Origin: an uncultured bacterium
GTDB taxonomy: Bacteria > Krumholzibacteriota > Krumholzibacteriia > LZORAL124-64-63
DNA length: 64,000 nt
Assembly (NCBI GenBank): GCA_963732385.1
Contig: CAVSZB010000003.1
Location: 433,321-497,320, forward strand
Direction: 5' to 3'
Of the stretch, positions 39,522 to 49,646 are shown piece by piece (within the stretch, counting starts at the first letter, position 1; every line of letters starts with the position of its first letter). The notes under the pieces were generated by a model that was not told the origin of the DNA, searched no databases, and saw nothing but the letters and a program-made list of their open reading frames with translations. The position numbers and the translations under genes are program-made.

Positions 39522-41018
39522 GTGACAACCGCGACCCTGGTGATCCCGGCCCTGGTGCTGGTGCCGCTGCTCGGCGGCATCGGCGCTCTCATGATCCGGA
39601 GCGACCGCTCGCGGCGGGCTCTGCTCGCGGGGGCGGCCGCTGTCCATCTGTTGCTGACGGCGCTGTCGGGGCAGGCCGCTCCGGTGCTCGGGAACTGGCT
39701 CGTGCTCGACCCTCTGGGCCGCCTGTTCCTTGGCATCGTCAGCACGCTGTTCCTGGCTGCGGCGCTCTATGCCATCGGCTATCTCGCGCGCGAAACCGGC
39801 ACCGCCGACGACCGCCGCCGTGTCCTGGAAGAGGACGCGCTGTTCAGCAACGCGCCGGAAGCAGTGTTTACCGGCTGTCTGCTGTGCTTCCTGGCCACGA
39901 TGACACTCGTCTGCGTGAGCAACCATCTCGGCATCCTCTGGGTCGCTGTGGAGGCGACGACGCTGGCCAGTGCGCCGCTGATCTATTTTCACCGTCACCA
40001 CCGCTCGCTGGAGGCCGCCTGGAAGTACCTGCTCATCTGTTCGATCGGTATCGCGCTGGCGCTGCTCGGCAACTTCCTGCTCGCCGTGGCGACCAAGAGC
40101 TCGCCGGGAGGAGAAATTCCGCTGCGCCTCGACCTGCTGCTGCCTGCCGCGGCCTCGTTCCAGCCGATGTGGCTTAAGGCCGCCTTCATCTTCCTGCTCA
40201 TCGGCTACGGCACGAAGATGGGACTGGCGCCGCTGCACACCTGGCTGCCCGACGCGCACAGTGAGTCCCCCTCGCTCGTGTCGGCGCTGCTCTCGGGCGC
40301 CCTGCTGAACTGCGCGTTCCTCGGTGTGCTGCGGGCCCTGCAGGTTCTGGCGGCCGCCGGGCTCGCGCCGTTCGGGCAGCAGTTGCTCGTCGGCTTCGGC
40401 CTGTTCTCGATGGGGCTCGCCGCCGCGTTCATCCTCGGTCAGCACGACTACAAGAGGATGCTTGCCTACTCCAGCGTCGAGCACATGGGGATCCTGGCGC
40501 TGGGCGTGGGGCTGGGCGGCGGGGCCGTGTTCGGCGCGCTGTTCCACGCCGTCAACCATTCGCTGATCAAAGGGATGCTGTTTCTTGTGGCGGGCAACAT
40601 CCTTACCGTCACGCGCACCAAGACGATCGCAGAGGTCCGCGGGCTGTCGCGCACGCTGCCAGTCTCCGGGGCGCTCTGGCTGGCCGGCTTCTTCGCCATC
40701 ACCGGCACCCCGCCGTTCGGCACCTTTCTGAGCGAATTCACGATCCTCAAGGCCGCGGTCGATGGTGGGCGCACCGGCGTGGCGATCGCCTGCCTGATCG
40801 CACTCGCGGTGGTTTTCATCGGCATGTGCGGGATCGTGCTCCGGATGGTGCAGGGACGCCCGTCGACCGCAGCCGCGGCCCCGGTTCGCGAGCCGTGGCT
40901 GGCGCTGGCGCCGCCGGCCCTGCTCGGTCTCCTCGGACTGGCGCTGGGCCTGTACCTGCCGCCGTTTTTCGAACAGCTTCTGAGGGACGCTGCGCGGCTG
41001 CTGGAGGGGCTGTCGTGA
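39522..41018 (+). CDS. HyfF/NuoM-like antiporter-type membrane subunit
   Basis: WVAVEATTL, EAAWKY, GYGTKMGLAP.HTWLPDAHSE.P, KRMLAYSSVEH. Confidence 0.88.
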   Translation: MTTATLVIPALVLVPLLGGIGALMIRSDRSRRALLAGAAAVHLLLTALSGQAAPVLGNWLVLDPLGRLFLGIVSTLFLAAALYAIGYLARETGTADDRRRVLEEDALFSNAPEAVFTGCLLCFLATMTLVCVSNHLGILWVAVEATTLASAPLIYFHRHHRSLEAAWKYLLICSIGIALALLGNFLLAVATKSSPGGEIPLRLDLLLPAAASFQPMWLKAAFIFLLIGYGTKMGLAPLHTWLPDAHSESPSLVSALLSGALLNCAFLGVLRALQVLAAAGLAPFGQQLLVGFGLFSMGLAAAFILGQHDYKRMLAYSSVEHMGILALGVGLGGGAVFGALFHAVNHSLIKGMLFLVAGNILTVTRTKTIAEVRGLSRTLPVSGALWLAGFFAITGTPPFGTFLSEFTILKAAVDGGRTGVAIACLIALAVVFIGMCGIVLRMVQGRPSTAAAAPVREPWLALAPPALLGLLGLALGLYLPPFFEQLLRDAARLLEGLS

Positions 41019-42493
41019 GCCGCGGCGACTATCTGGGCCTGCGCAACGGCGAGGCGGCGCGTCGGGCCGACCTGCCGGTCGTGCCTTTCCAGGCCTTCCG
41101 CCGCCAGGTCTGCGAGATGGTGGCTCACGGGGCGCGTCTGGCGGCGCTGTTCGTGGCGCCGACGCCCGACGGGAGGCGGCGCCTGCATGCGGTGGTGGCC
41201 CAGGCGTCGGTCGGGGAGATCCGGCTGCTCAGCGCTGATCCGGGCGATACGTTCGAATCGTTGACCCCGGACTGTTCCCAGGCGCAGGGCTTCGAGCGGG
41301 AGATCGCGGAGCAGTGGGGCCTGCATCCCGTCGGCCATCCGTGGTTGAAGCCGCTGCGCGTCCATTCGACCACACCCCCGTCCGACGGCGACTTCTTCCG
41401 GGTGGAGGGGGCGGAGGTGCACGAGGTGGCCGTCGGGCCGGTGCACGCCGGAATCATCGAGCCGGGCCACTTCCGATTCCAGTGTCATGGCGAAGAGGTG
41501 CTGCACCTCGAGATTGCGCTCGGCTACCAGCATCGTGGCATCGAGCGGACGCTGGTCGGCGGTCCCGGCCCCCGCACACCGCACTACATGGAAACCGTCG
41601 CCGGAGACAGCACCGTGGCGCACGCCATCGCCTATGGACTGGGGGTGGAGGGGTTGGCTGACGCGCGGGTGCCGGCTCGCGCCGAGGCGTTACGCGCGAT
41701 CGGACTCGAGCTGGAGCGCCTGGCCAACCACGCCGGCGATCTGGGCGCGCTCGCCGGCGACGTCGGTTACCTGCCGACCGCGTCGTACTGCGGGCGGCTG
41801 CGCGGCGACCTGCTGAACCTGACGGCCCGGCTGTGCGGAAACCGCTTCGGACGCGGACTGGTCCGGCCGGGCGGCGTCGGTTTCGATCTTGAAGGGCCGC
41901 GTGCCGCGACGGTGCTGGAGAATCTCGAGCAGGTGTTCCGGGATCTTACGGCGGCGGTCGAGCTGCTTTGGGAGACGCCGTCGGTCATGGCGCGCTTCGA
42001 AGACACGGGCAACGTGACGAGGGCCGACGCGCTGCGCCTCGGTCTGGTGGGCGTGGCGGCGCGGGCCAGCGGCGTGGAGGCCGATGTGCGCACCGATTTC
42101 CCGGCCGGGCTCTATGGCTTCGCCAGCCTGCCGCCCGCCACCTGGGACACGGGAGACGTGCTGGCGCGCGCTTTCGTGCGCTGGCTGGAGATCCGTCGCT
42201 CGGTCGATTTTTTGCGGGAACAGCTGCGGGCGCTGCCGGGCGGGCCGCTCCGGGCGCCGGTCGGGTCGACGAAACCGGAGCGGATCGTGGTCTCGCTCGT
42301 GGAGGGCTGGCGAGGCGCCGTCTGCCATGTGGCGCTCACCGACGCGGGCGGGAGTTTCGCGGCCTACAGGATCGTCGATCCGTCGTTCGCCAACTGGCCC
42401 GGCCTGGCCCTGGCCATGAGGGGTCAGCAGATTTCCGATTTTCCGCTCTGCAACAAGAGCTTCAACCTGTCCTACTGCGGCCATGATCTGTGA
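41015..42493 (+). CDS. HyfG/NuoCD-like large subunit lacking NiFe ligands (Ehr large subunit)
   Basis: GPVHAGIIEPGHFRF, LGY.HRGIE, LELERLANH, EGWRG; ETVAGDST and DFPLCNKSFNLSYCGHDL where the CxxC motifs would be. Confidence 0.88.
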   Translation: MSRGDYLGLRNGEAARRADLPVVPFQAFRRQVCEMVAHGARLAALFVAPTPDGRRRLHAVVAQASVGEIRLLSADPGDTFESLTPDCSQAQGFEREIAEQWGLHPVGHPWLKPLRVHSTTPPSDGDFFRVEGAEVHEVAVGPVHAGIIEPGHFRFQCHGEEVLHLEIALGYQHRGIERTLVGGPGPRTPHYMETVAGDSTVAHAIAYGLGVEGLADARVPARAEALRAIGLELERLANHAGDLGALAGDVGYLPTASYCGRLRGDLLNLTARLCGNRFGRGLVRPGGVGFDLEGPRAATVLENLEQVFRDLTAAVELLWETPSVMARFEDTGNVTRADALRLGLVGVAARASGVEADVRTDFPAGLYGFASLPPATWDTGDVLARAFVRWLEIRRSVDFLREQLRALPGGPLRAPVGSTKPERIVVSLVEGWRGAVCHVALTDAGGSFAAYRIVDPSFANWPGLALAMRGQQISDFPLCNKSFNLSYCGHDL

Positions 42494-42502
42494 GGCGAGA
42501 AG

Positions 42503-43303
42503 ATGCTGAAGATTCTGCGCACCCGCCTCGGCCAGGGGCACCGCACGCTGGCCTGGCCGGACCGGGAGCCGGAGCTTTCGGATCGGTTCCGCGGCCGGCC
42601 GGTGATCGACGCTGCCGCGTGCGCGCCGGAATGCAATCGCTGCGTGGCGGCTTGTCCGACCGGGGCCATCCTGGCGGCGGGCAGCCGCGCGGTGAGCGTC
42701 GATCTCGGACGTTGCCTGTTCTGCGCCGACTGCGTGGATGCCTGTCCCGCCGGGGCGATCCGCCACGCCGCGGACTACCGGCTCGCCGCCTCGCGGCGCG
42801 AAGATCTCGTGGTCGGGGCGGCCGGACCGGCCACGCCGCCGCCGATCCGCCTCGACGCGGAGTGCCGTCGTCTGTTCGGCCGTTCCCTGCGTCTGCGCCA
42901 GGTTAGCGCCGGCGGCTGCAACGCCTGCGAGGCGGACACGAATGTCCTGTCCACCATCGCGTACGACCTTGGCCGGTTCGGTATCCGGTTCACGGCATCG
43001 CCGCGCCACGCCGACGGCCTGCTGATCACCGGTCCGGTCACGGAGAACATGCGGGCGGCCCTGTTAGCGACCTGGGAGGCGGTGCCGTCGCCGCGATTCG
43101 TGATCGCCGTCGGCGCCTGTGCGATCTCGGGCGGTCCGTTCGCCGGCCATGTGGAGGTGCATGGCGGAGCGGGGAGTTGCCTGCCGGTCGATCTGCACGT
43201 TCCGGGCTGTCCGCCGCACCCGCTGACCATCCTCGATGGGTTGTTGCGTCTGCTCGGCCGGTTGCCGGCGCCGCCGGAAGCAATGCCTGGCGACGGCCGC
43301 TGA
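42503..43303 (+). CDS. Fe-S subunit, ferredoxin (HyfH-like) fused to NuoB/HyfI-like small subunit
   Basis: C..C...CP and C.FC..C...CP; GGCNACE, SPRHAD, GACA, PGCPP. Confidence 0.88.
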   Translation: MLKILRTRLGQGHRTLAWPDREPELSDRFRGRPVIDAAACAPECNRCVAACPTGAILAAGSRAVSVDLGRCLFCADCVDACPAGAIRHAADYRLAASRREDLVVGAAGPATPPPIRLDAECRRLFGRSLRLRQVSAGGCNACEADTNVLSTIAYDLGRFGIRFTASPRHADGLLITGPVTENMRAALLATWEAVPSPRFVIAVGACAISGGPFAGHVEVHGGAGSCLPVDLHVPGCPPHPLTILDGLLRLLGRLPAPPEAMPGDGR

Positions 43304-43336
43304 CGGTTCTCCCGCGGCGCAGGCGCTCCCGACCGC

Positions 43337-43996
43337 TCAGCCGGAACCGGCGCGCCCCACATATTCGTAGACCGCCCAGAAGTGGCAGCAGGTTCCCGCG
43401 AGCACGAACAGGTGCCAGACCGCGTGGTGGTACTTCATGCCGCGCCAAAGGTAGAACACGGTGCCGCCCGAATAGAAGAGCCCCCCGGCGAGCAGCCAGA
43501 GCAGGCCGGGGCCGGGAACGCTGTGGAGCAGTGGTTTCGTGGCCACGGCGCAGAGCCAGCCCATCCCGAGGTAGATAAGAGTCGAGACGAGCTTGAACCG
43601 TCCCGCGAACCAGACCTTGAACACGATCCCGCCGACGGCCAGTCCCCACACCACCCCGAACATGCTCCAGCCCCACGGCCCGCGCAGGCTGACCAGCAAA
43701 AATGGCGTGTAGCTGCCGGCGATCAGCAGGTAGATCGCGCCATGGTCCAGGATCTTGAAGACCCTTCGGGCGCGCGGCGGTTTCAGGGCGTGGTAGAGCG
43801 TGGAGGAGGTGTAGAGCACGACCATCGTCGCGCCGAAGACGGCGAAGCTGACGATCTGCCACGGATCGTCCGCGCGGACGGCTCGCACCACCAGAAGCAC
43901 CAGGCCCACGATGCTGAGCGCGACTCCCAGGCCGTGCGTGATGCTGTGCGCGATCTCCTCGCCCAGCGAATAGTGCGCCAGCCGGCGCTCCGCCAT
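43337..43996 (-). CDS. hemolysin III / PAQR family membrane protein
   Basis: EEIAHSITH, SSTLYH, DH.AIYLLIAGSYTP, H.VWHLFV. Confidence 0.92.
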   Translation of the reverse strand: MAERRLAHYSLGEEIAHSITHGLGVALSIVGLVLLVVRAVRADDPWQIVSFAVFGATMVVLYTSSTLYHALKPPRARRVFKILDHGAIYLLIAGSYTPFLLVSLRGPWGWSMFGVVWGLAVGGIVFKVWFAGRFKLVSTLIYLGMGWLCAVATKPLLHSVPGPGLLWLLAGGLFYSGGTVFYLWRGMKYHHAVWHLFVLAGTCCHFWAVYEYVGRAGSG

Positions 43997-44033
43997 TGTC
44001 AACCTCCGTCGGGCGGTCCGTCGCCGTCCGTTT

Positions 44034-45320
44034 CTAGTGCAGGCCCAGCAGTCGGTCCAGATAACGCGATCGCACCTGCTCACGCGCCAGCGTGCGCTTG
44101 ACTGGCGGCAGGTTGAGGATCGCGCCGAACACCGCCGCCAGGGCGCGATGGCTCCAGAGGGCGCGGTTGTCCCAGATGAGATGCTGCAGCTTGCCGCGCT
44201 CGATCGCCATCGCCACGTAACGGTGGGCGGAGGTGGCGGGGGTGATCACCCGCGCGGCACGCTGTTTCAGCTGCAGGGAGCCCGGCGCGCAGTGTCGCAC
44301 GCACACTCCGCAGCCGAGGCAGATCTGTTCGTCGACGACCGCCCGCCGCCGTTTCGGCCGGGCGGGATCTGACGCGCCCGCCAGGCTCAGCGCCGCCACC
44401 GGGCAGACTCCGACGCATTTTCCGCAACCGGTGCAGAGGTCTGCCGTCACGGTGGGCAGGTAGTTGGTCGTATGCACCGGCTGCAGGATGGCGAAGCGCT
44501 TCGCCGCGAGCATCGCCTCGCAGCAGCAGCCGCAGCAGTTGCAGATGAAACTCACGTGTCTTTTCACGTTCTCGCCGAACTGCACGAGGTCGGCTTCGCG
44601 GGCCTGCTGCAGCAGGTCGTGTCCCTCGGCCGGATCGACACGGCGCGCGTGTCCGTGCCGGATCAGCGAATCGGCCGTGGCGCCGAAGGTCATGCAGATG
44701 TCCTGGGGCGCGTCGCAGGCGCGTTCGAGGTGCTGCATCTTGTGTCGGCAGTAGCAGAGCCCGACACCCATATGGCGCGCCGTGGCGACGACCTCGCTGG
44801 CGCGTTCGTAGTCCAGCACGTGCAGGGTGTTGTCATCCGTAAGCGCGGTTTCGTGCACGAAAATGCGCCCGAGCTGCGTAGTGCCGTCGGTGAAGAGCGC
44901 GCGGATGAAGGTCTCGTCCCGCGTGACGTACTCGTTGAACAGCTCGCTGAGCAGCTTCTGGTCGAGATCTCCCCGCGTGCGCATCATGGAAAACTCGAAG
45001 AAGCCGGCCATGGGCGGCGGCAAAACGTAGAGAGTCGCGTTCCCGCGGCCCTTCATATCGACGAGCATGGCGCGGTCGGCGAGCGAGTCGAGAATCTTCT
45101 GCGTTTCCGCCTCGGGGAGATTCCAGCGACGCGCAGCCTGGGCAGCCGTGAATGGCTTCAGCGGCAGAAGGGAAAGCAGCCCCGCCTCCCGCTCGTCGAC
45201 GAGCAGGCGGAGGATCCGGAACAGCAGCTCTGACGGCGGCGCGCCCTGGGGGAAGCGGTTGAGCCGATCGCTCAGGTCTTCGTAGCCCGACTTCAGGGTG
45301 TGGTGGGCCATGGTCGCCAT
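44034..45320 (-). CDS. 4Fe-4S dicluster protein, Cys-rich
   Basis: CYCRHK, ICNCCGCCC, CTGCGKCVGVCP, CLGCGVCVRHC. Confidence 0.85.
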   Translation of the reverse strand: MATMAHHTLKSGYEDLSDRLNRFPQGAPPSELLFRILRLLVDEREAGLLSLLPLKPFTAAQAARRWNLPEAETQKILDSLADRAMLVDMKGRGNATLYVLPPPMAGFFEFSMMRTRGDLDQKLLSELFNEYVTRDETFIRALFTDGTTQLGRIFVHETALTDDNTLHVLDYERASEVVATARHMGVGLCYCRHKMQHLERACDAPQDICMTFGATADSLIRHGHARRVDPAEGHDLLQQAREADLVQFGENVKRHVSFICNCCGCCCEAMLAAKRFAILQPVHTTNYLPTVTADLCTGCGKCVGVCPVAALSLAGASDPARPKRRRAVVDEQICLGCGVCVRHCAPGSLQLKQRAARVITPATSAHRYVAMAIERGKLQHLIWDNRALWSHRALAAVFGAILNLPPVKRTLAREQVRSRYLDRLLGLH

Positions 45321-45539
45321 GCCTCGGGGGTTGGTCGCGTTACCGACGACATTCTAGCGCGGCGCGGGATGGATGGCCAAGGCATGATCAAGCCTGCGGC
45401 AGGGCGGCCGGGAGGCCCCCAGACGTTGGCTGCCGGCGGCGGCGCGGAGAATCGCCCCGCGCGGGTTGCGCCGGAGGCCATCAACGCATTGATTAAGGAC
45501 TCTCACCACCATCATCAGATCCCCGGCAAAGGCAGGCCC

Positions 45540-47366
45540 ATGGAGATCCGCAACGTCGCCATCATCGCTCATGTGGACCACGGCAAGACCACCCTGGTGG
45601 ATCAGATCCTCCAGCAGTGCCACGTCTTCCGGCAGGGTCAGCAGGTGCGCGAGCGGTATCTCGACTCCAATGATCTCGAGCGCGAGCGGGGGATCACGAT
45701 CACGGCCAAGAACTTCGCCGTCACCTACAACGGTGTTCGCATCAACCTGATCGACACCCCCGGGCACTCGGACTTCGGTGGTGAGGTGGAGCGGGTCCTG
45801 ATGATGGCGGACGGGGTCCTGCTGCTGGTGGACGCCTTCGAGGGTCCCATGCCGCAGACCCGCTTCGTCCTGCAGAAGGCGTTGGAGTTGAATCTCAAGC
45901 CGGTGGTCGTCATCAACAAGGTGGATCGCAAGGATTCGCGTCCGCATGAGGTGCTCGACGAGGTGTTCAACCTTTTCTGCGAGCTCAAGGCGACCGACGA
46001 GCAGCTCGACTTCCGCGGTGTCTACGCCGCCGGGCGCGACGGCTGGGCCGTGGGCGAGCTGGGCGACGAAAGGCGCGACCTTGCGCCACTGCTCGACATG
46101 ATCATCGCCCACGTGCCGCCGCCCCGGGTGCAGGAGGGGCCGCTGCAGATGCTGGTGGCCGCCATGGACCACAGCGATTACGTGGGGCGGATCGGCGTGG
46201 GGCGCATCATGCGCGGGCGTCTGCGGGCGCGCGACATGGTCGCCCTGCTCAAGCGCGACGGCAGTCAGGCCAATGCGATCGCGAAGCAGCTCTATGTGTT
46301 CGACAATCTCGGCCGACGCGAGGTGACGGAAGTGGAGTGCGGCGACATCTGCGCCGTGGTCGGCCTCGACAACGTGGACATCGGTGACACCCTGGCCGAT
46401 CCCCTGCACCCCGAGCCGCTGCCGGTGATCGCCGTGGACGAGCCGACGCTCAGCATGAGCTTCATGGTCAACGACGGCCCGTTCTTCGGGCAGGATGGCA
46501 AGTACGTCACGAGCCGTCAGCTGCGGGACCGTCTTTTGCGGGAGTCGGAGCGCGACGTCGCCCTGCGCGTGGAGGATACGGCCACGTCCGACACGTTTCG
46601 CGTGAGCGGGCGGGGCATCCTGCACCTGTCGATCCTGATGGAGACCATGCGACGCGAAGGTTATGAGTTCATGGTCGGACAGCCGCGCGTCATTTACCGC
46701 GAGATCGGCGGGCGCAAGGCCGAGCCGGTGGAGATCCTGACCGTGGACGTGACCCGCGAGCACGTCGGCACCGTTATCGAGTTCGCGGCGCAACGCAAGG
46801 GCGAGCTGATCAAGATGGAGCAGAGCGAGGCGCGCAGCCGGCTCGAATTCCGCGTGCCCAGCCGCGGCCTCATCGGGTTCCGCAGCCGGATGCTGCGCGC
46901 CACGGGCGGCGAGATCGTCATGCACCACCAGTTCTTCCAGTACGAGTACTTCAAGGGCAGCTTGCCCCAGCGCCAGACCGGAAGCATCGTCAGCATGGAC
47001 CAGGGCACGGCCGTCGCGTTCGCCATCGACGGACTTCAGGACCGGGGACGCTTTTTCAGCGAGCCGGGCGACATGCTCTACGGCGGGCAGGTCATCGGCG
47101 AGGCGAACAAGGAGGGCGACATCCTGGTCAACGCCCAGAAGGCGAAGCAGCTCACGAACCTGCGCGCCTCCGGTTCCGACCGCAAGATGCGCATCGCTCC
47201 CGCCATCAAAATGAGTCTCGAGGAGTGCATCGAGTACCTCAACGCCGACGAATACCTCGAAGTGACGCCGGATCACCTGCGGCTGCGCAAATCGCTGCTG
47301 GACGAGCACGCGCGCAAGAAGGCGTGGAAGCAGTCACGGGTGGCCGAAGAGGAGGAGAGCCCCTGA
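45540..47366 (+). CDS. typA: translational GTPase TypA/BipA
   Basis: [60 protein letters not shown]. Confidence 0.96.
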   Translation: MEIRNVAIIAHVDHGKTTLVDQILQQCHVFRQGQQVRERYLDSNDLERERGITITAKNFAVTYNGVRINLIDTPGHSDFGGEVERVLMMADGVLLLVDAFEGPMPQTRFVLQKALELNLKPVVVINKVDRKDSRPHEVLDEVFNLFCELKATDEQLDFRGVYAAGRDGWAVGELGDERRDLAPLLDMIIAHVPPPRVQEGPLQMLVAAMDHSDYVGRIGVGRIMRGRLRARDMVALLKRDGSQANAIAKQLYVFDNLGRREVTEVECGDICAVVGLDNVDIGDTLADPLHPEPLPVIAVDEPTLSMSFMVNDGPFFGQDGKYVTSRQLRDRLLRESERDVALRVEDTATSDTFRVSGRGILHLSILMETMRREGYEFMVGQPRVIYREIGGRKAEPVEILTVDVTREHVGTVIEFAAQRKGELIKMEQSEARSRLEFRVPSRGLIGFRSRMLRATGGEIVMHHQFFQYEYFKGSLPQRQTGSIVSMDQGTAVAFAIDGLQDRGRFFSEPGDMLYGGQVIGEANKEGDILVNAQKAKQLTNLRASGSDRKMRIAPAIKMSLEECIEYLNADEYLEVTPDHLRLRKSLLDEHARKKAWKQSRVAEEEESP

Positions 47367-47469
47367 GACGCCCCCGGGATCGCCCCGGAACCGGCTAAAG
47401 ATTGGATCGCCCCGGACGATCCTCTATCTCAACGCCGGATTATCGGCTAAATGGTCTCAGGGGGGCCCG

Positions 47470-49515
47470 ATGGCGTCAAATTGCCTGCCAGACAAGCATG
47501 TCCGTGGCCCGTGGACAGGGTGCGCAGTTGTAGCTGTTCTGGCCGTCATGATATTCGCCGGCTGGCGTGCGTCGGCCTGCATCCCTTTACCGGTCCCGGC
47601 CGACGACGCGAACTTCCTCGACCTTTCGCTGGCCGAACTCCTTAACGTCGAAATCACCACCCCCTCGCGTCGTGCCGAGAGTATCGAGGCGGCGCCCGGT
47701 ATCGTTACGGTGATCACGCGCCAGGAGATCGAGGGCTACGACGCGCGCAACCTGGGCGAACTCCTCAATCGCGTCACCAGTGCGATTTTCATCTCCGCGA
47801 ACGTCATGACCGACAACCAGCTCGTCATGCGCCGACAGTCGCTCACGCCTTACGACACGCACATCCTGATCCTGCTCGACGGGCGACCGCTGCGCGATCC
47901 CATCGCGGGCGGGCTGAATAACTCCGTTTACGCGGTCTTTCCGGTCGATGCCATCGAATACATCGAGGTCGTGCGGGGGCCGGGCTCGGTGCTGTACGGC
48001 TCGAACGCCTACGCCGGCGTGATCAATCTTCACGTGCGCCGCCATGCCTTCGACGGCGGCGAGAGCGACGTAGCGGTCACCGCCGGCGCCTGGGGAGGAT
48101 TCGGCCAGTCCGCCGTCGTCGCCACGCGACGGGGCGACGCGCACGTGCTGATCGCCGGCGGGCGCTACCGTGACGACGGCCCGCGTTACAGCTTCACGGA
48201 TTACTCGGGGGTCGACTCGAGCGCAAGCTGGGGTCGGGAAACGACCGCCCTGCTTGCCAACGTCTCGTTCGGCCACTGGAGCGGCAAGGTCTACATCGGC
48301 GACTTCGACCCGTACTCACTTAACACGGCCATTAACAGCTGGCTGACCAAGCCGGTCAATGTCGTCAACCGCTCCGCCGCGCTCTTCACCGACCTGGGCT
48401 GGGAGGGACATCTGCCGTCCGGGATCCGGACGACCGCCAATGTCACCTACAACAATCACCAGTGGTACTCCGTCAATGACCTGCGCGAGGCGGATACGAT
48501 GATCGAGGCGAGCGACCTGCTCGGCGAGGTGAGCGCGTCGCGTGCGCTGGGTGAGAGTGCGGAGGTTCTCGCCGGCGGCACCGTCCAGCGCAGCAACTAC
48601 CGCAGCGAAATGCTGATCGATGGCATCGAGACCGCGTGGAGCCTGTTCGGACAGTGCGATTGGCAACTCGAACGCCGGTTGAAGATCGTCGGCGGCGCGC
48701 AATACAACAAACCCCAACGCACCGCCGGCATCGTGTCGCCCCGGCTCGGCCTGATCATGTCGCCGGGGCGCGGGTTCGGCGGCAAGCTGCTCTACAGTCA
48801 GGCCTTCCGCAGCGGCTCGCGCCTGGAGACCGCCTTCGAGCATCCGGTTTTCCGCGGCAACGAGCAGCTCGATCCGGAGATCGTCGATACCGGCGAGGCG
48901 CAGGTCTCCTGGCGCGGCGGCCCGGCGCAGTTCGCGGCAACCGGATACTTCAGCCGGATGTCCGACATCATCCAGAGACGCTGGATCGACGATCCCGAGG
49001 TGCCGATCTACGGGGGTTACCTGATCCACGAAAACGGAGGCCGGCACGACTTCAGCGGCGTGGAGCTGGAGTGGAAGATCGGCCTGCGCGACGACCTGCT
49101 GTTCGAGGGTTCGCTCTCGCACATGCGCGACGAAACTGAGGACGGCCGCGAGAACTGGACGCTGCACCCGGAGCTGATGATCAAGAGCGGCCTGCTGTGG
49201 ACGCAGCCGTGGGGCTCGCTCGGCATCTGGCACAGCCGCTTTGCCGGCCTGGGGCGCGTACAGGACTTCGCCTTCTTCGTGGAGGTTCCCAATCCCGACG
49301 CGGAGTCGTTCAGCCTGGTCTCGGCCAAGCTTGTGCTCGACGCGGGCCGCTGGTTCGGTCTGGCTGCCGGCGAGCGTCTCCGTCTGGCCGTGTGGGGCGA
49401 AAACCTGCTGGACGAGGACGTGCGCTATCCGGAATTCACCACCCGCGGCATCAATACGCTCACCCCCCTGCGCGGGGGCCGGGCGTTCTACGGCTCGCTG
49501 CGGTACGGGTTCTGA
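47470..49515 (+). CDS. TonB-dependent receptor
   Basis: DLSLAELLNVEITT.SR, IEVVRGPGSVLYGSNA.AGVIN plug motif, ENLLD, terminal F; exact start uncertain. Confidence 0.9.
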   Translation: MASNCLPDKHVRGPWTGCAVVAVLAVMIFAGWRASACIPLPVPADDANFLDLSLAELLNVEITTPSRRAESIEAAPGIVTVITRQEIEGYDARNLGELLNRVTSAIFISANVMTDNQLVMRRQSLTPYDTHILILLDGRPLRDPIAGGLNNSVYAVFPVDAIEYIEVVRGPGSVLYGSNAYAGVINLHVRRHAFDGGESDVAVTAGAWGGFGQSAVVATRRGDAHVLIAGGRYRDDGPRYSFTDYSGVDSSASWGRETTALLANVSFGHWSGKVYIGDFDPYSLNTAINSWLTKPVNVVNRSAALFTDLGWEGHLPSGIRTTANVTYNNHQWYSVNDLREADTMIEASDLLGEVSASRALGESAEVLAGGTVQRSNYRSEMLIDGIETAWSLFGQCDWQLERRLKIVGGAQYNKPQRTAGIVSPRLGLIMSPGRGFGGKLLYSQAFRSGSRLETAFEHPVFRGNEQLDPEIVDTGEAQVSWRGGPAQFAATGYFSRMSDIIQRRWIDDPEVPIYGGYLIHENGGRHDFSGVELEWKIGLRDDLLFEGSLSHMRDETEDGRENWTLHPELMIKSGLLWTQPWGSLGIWHSRFAGLGRVQDFAFFVEVPNPDAESFSLVSAKLVLDAGRWFGLAAGERLRLAVWGENLLDEDVRYPEFTTRGINTLTPLRGGRAFYGSLRYGF

Positions 49516-49646
49516 GCCGGCGGATCGTCACGGCTCTTGCCGTCAGGTCCGCTTCGGGCAATAATCCCTTTCCCTGATCCATTATCGATTTTTTGGCGCG
49601 CTGTCTTCGGCGCGTCGTGTGCATCCTTTGCCCGGAGGAGATTCCC

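Noticed and set aside
41015..42493. NiFe hydrogenase / formate hydrogenlyase
   Set aside because: Both CxxC nickel-binding motifs are missing and there are no hyp or fdh genes nearby
45300..45539. N-terminal His-rich extension of TypA
   Set aside because: Lies upstream of the conserved MEIRNVAII start and overlaps the divergent gene's start and promoter; likely an ORF-caller extension
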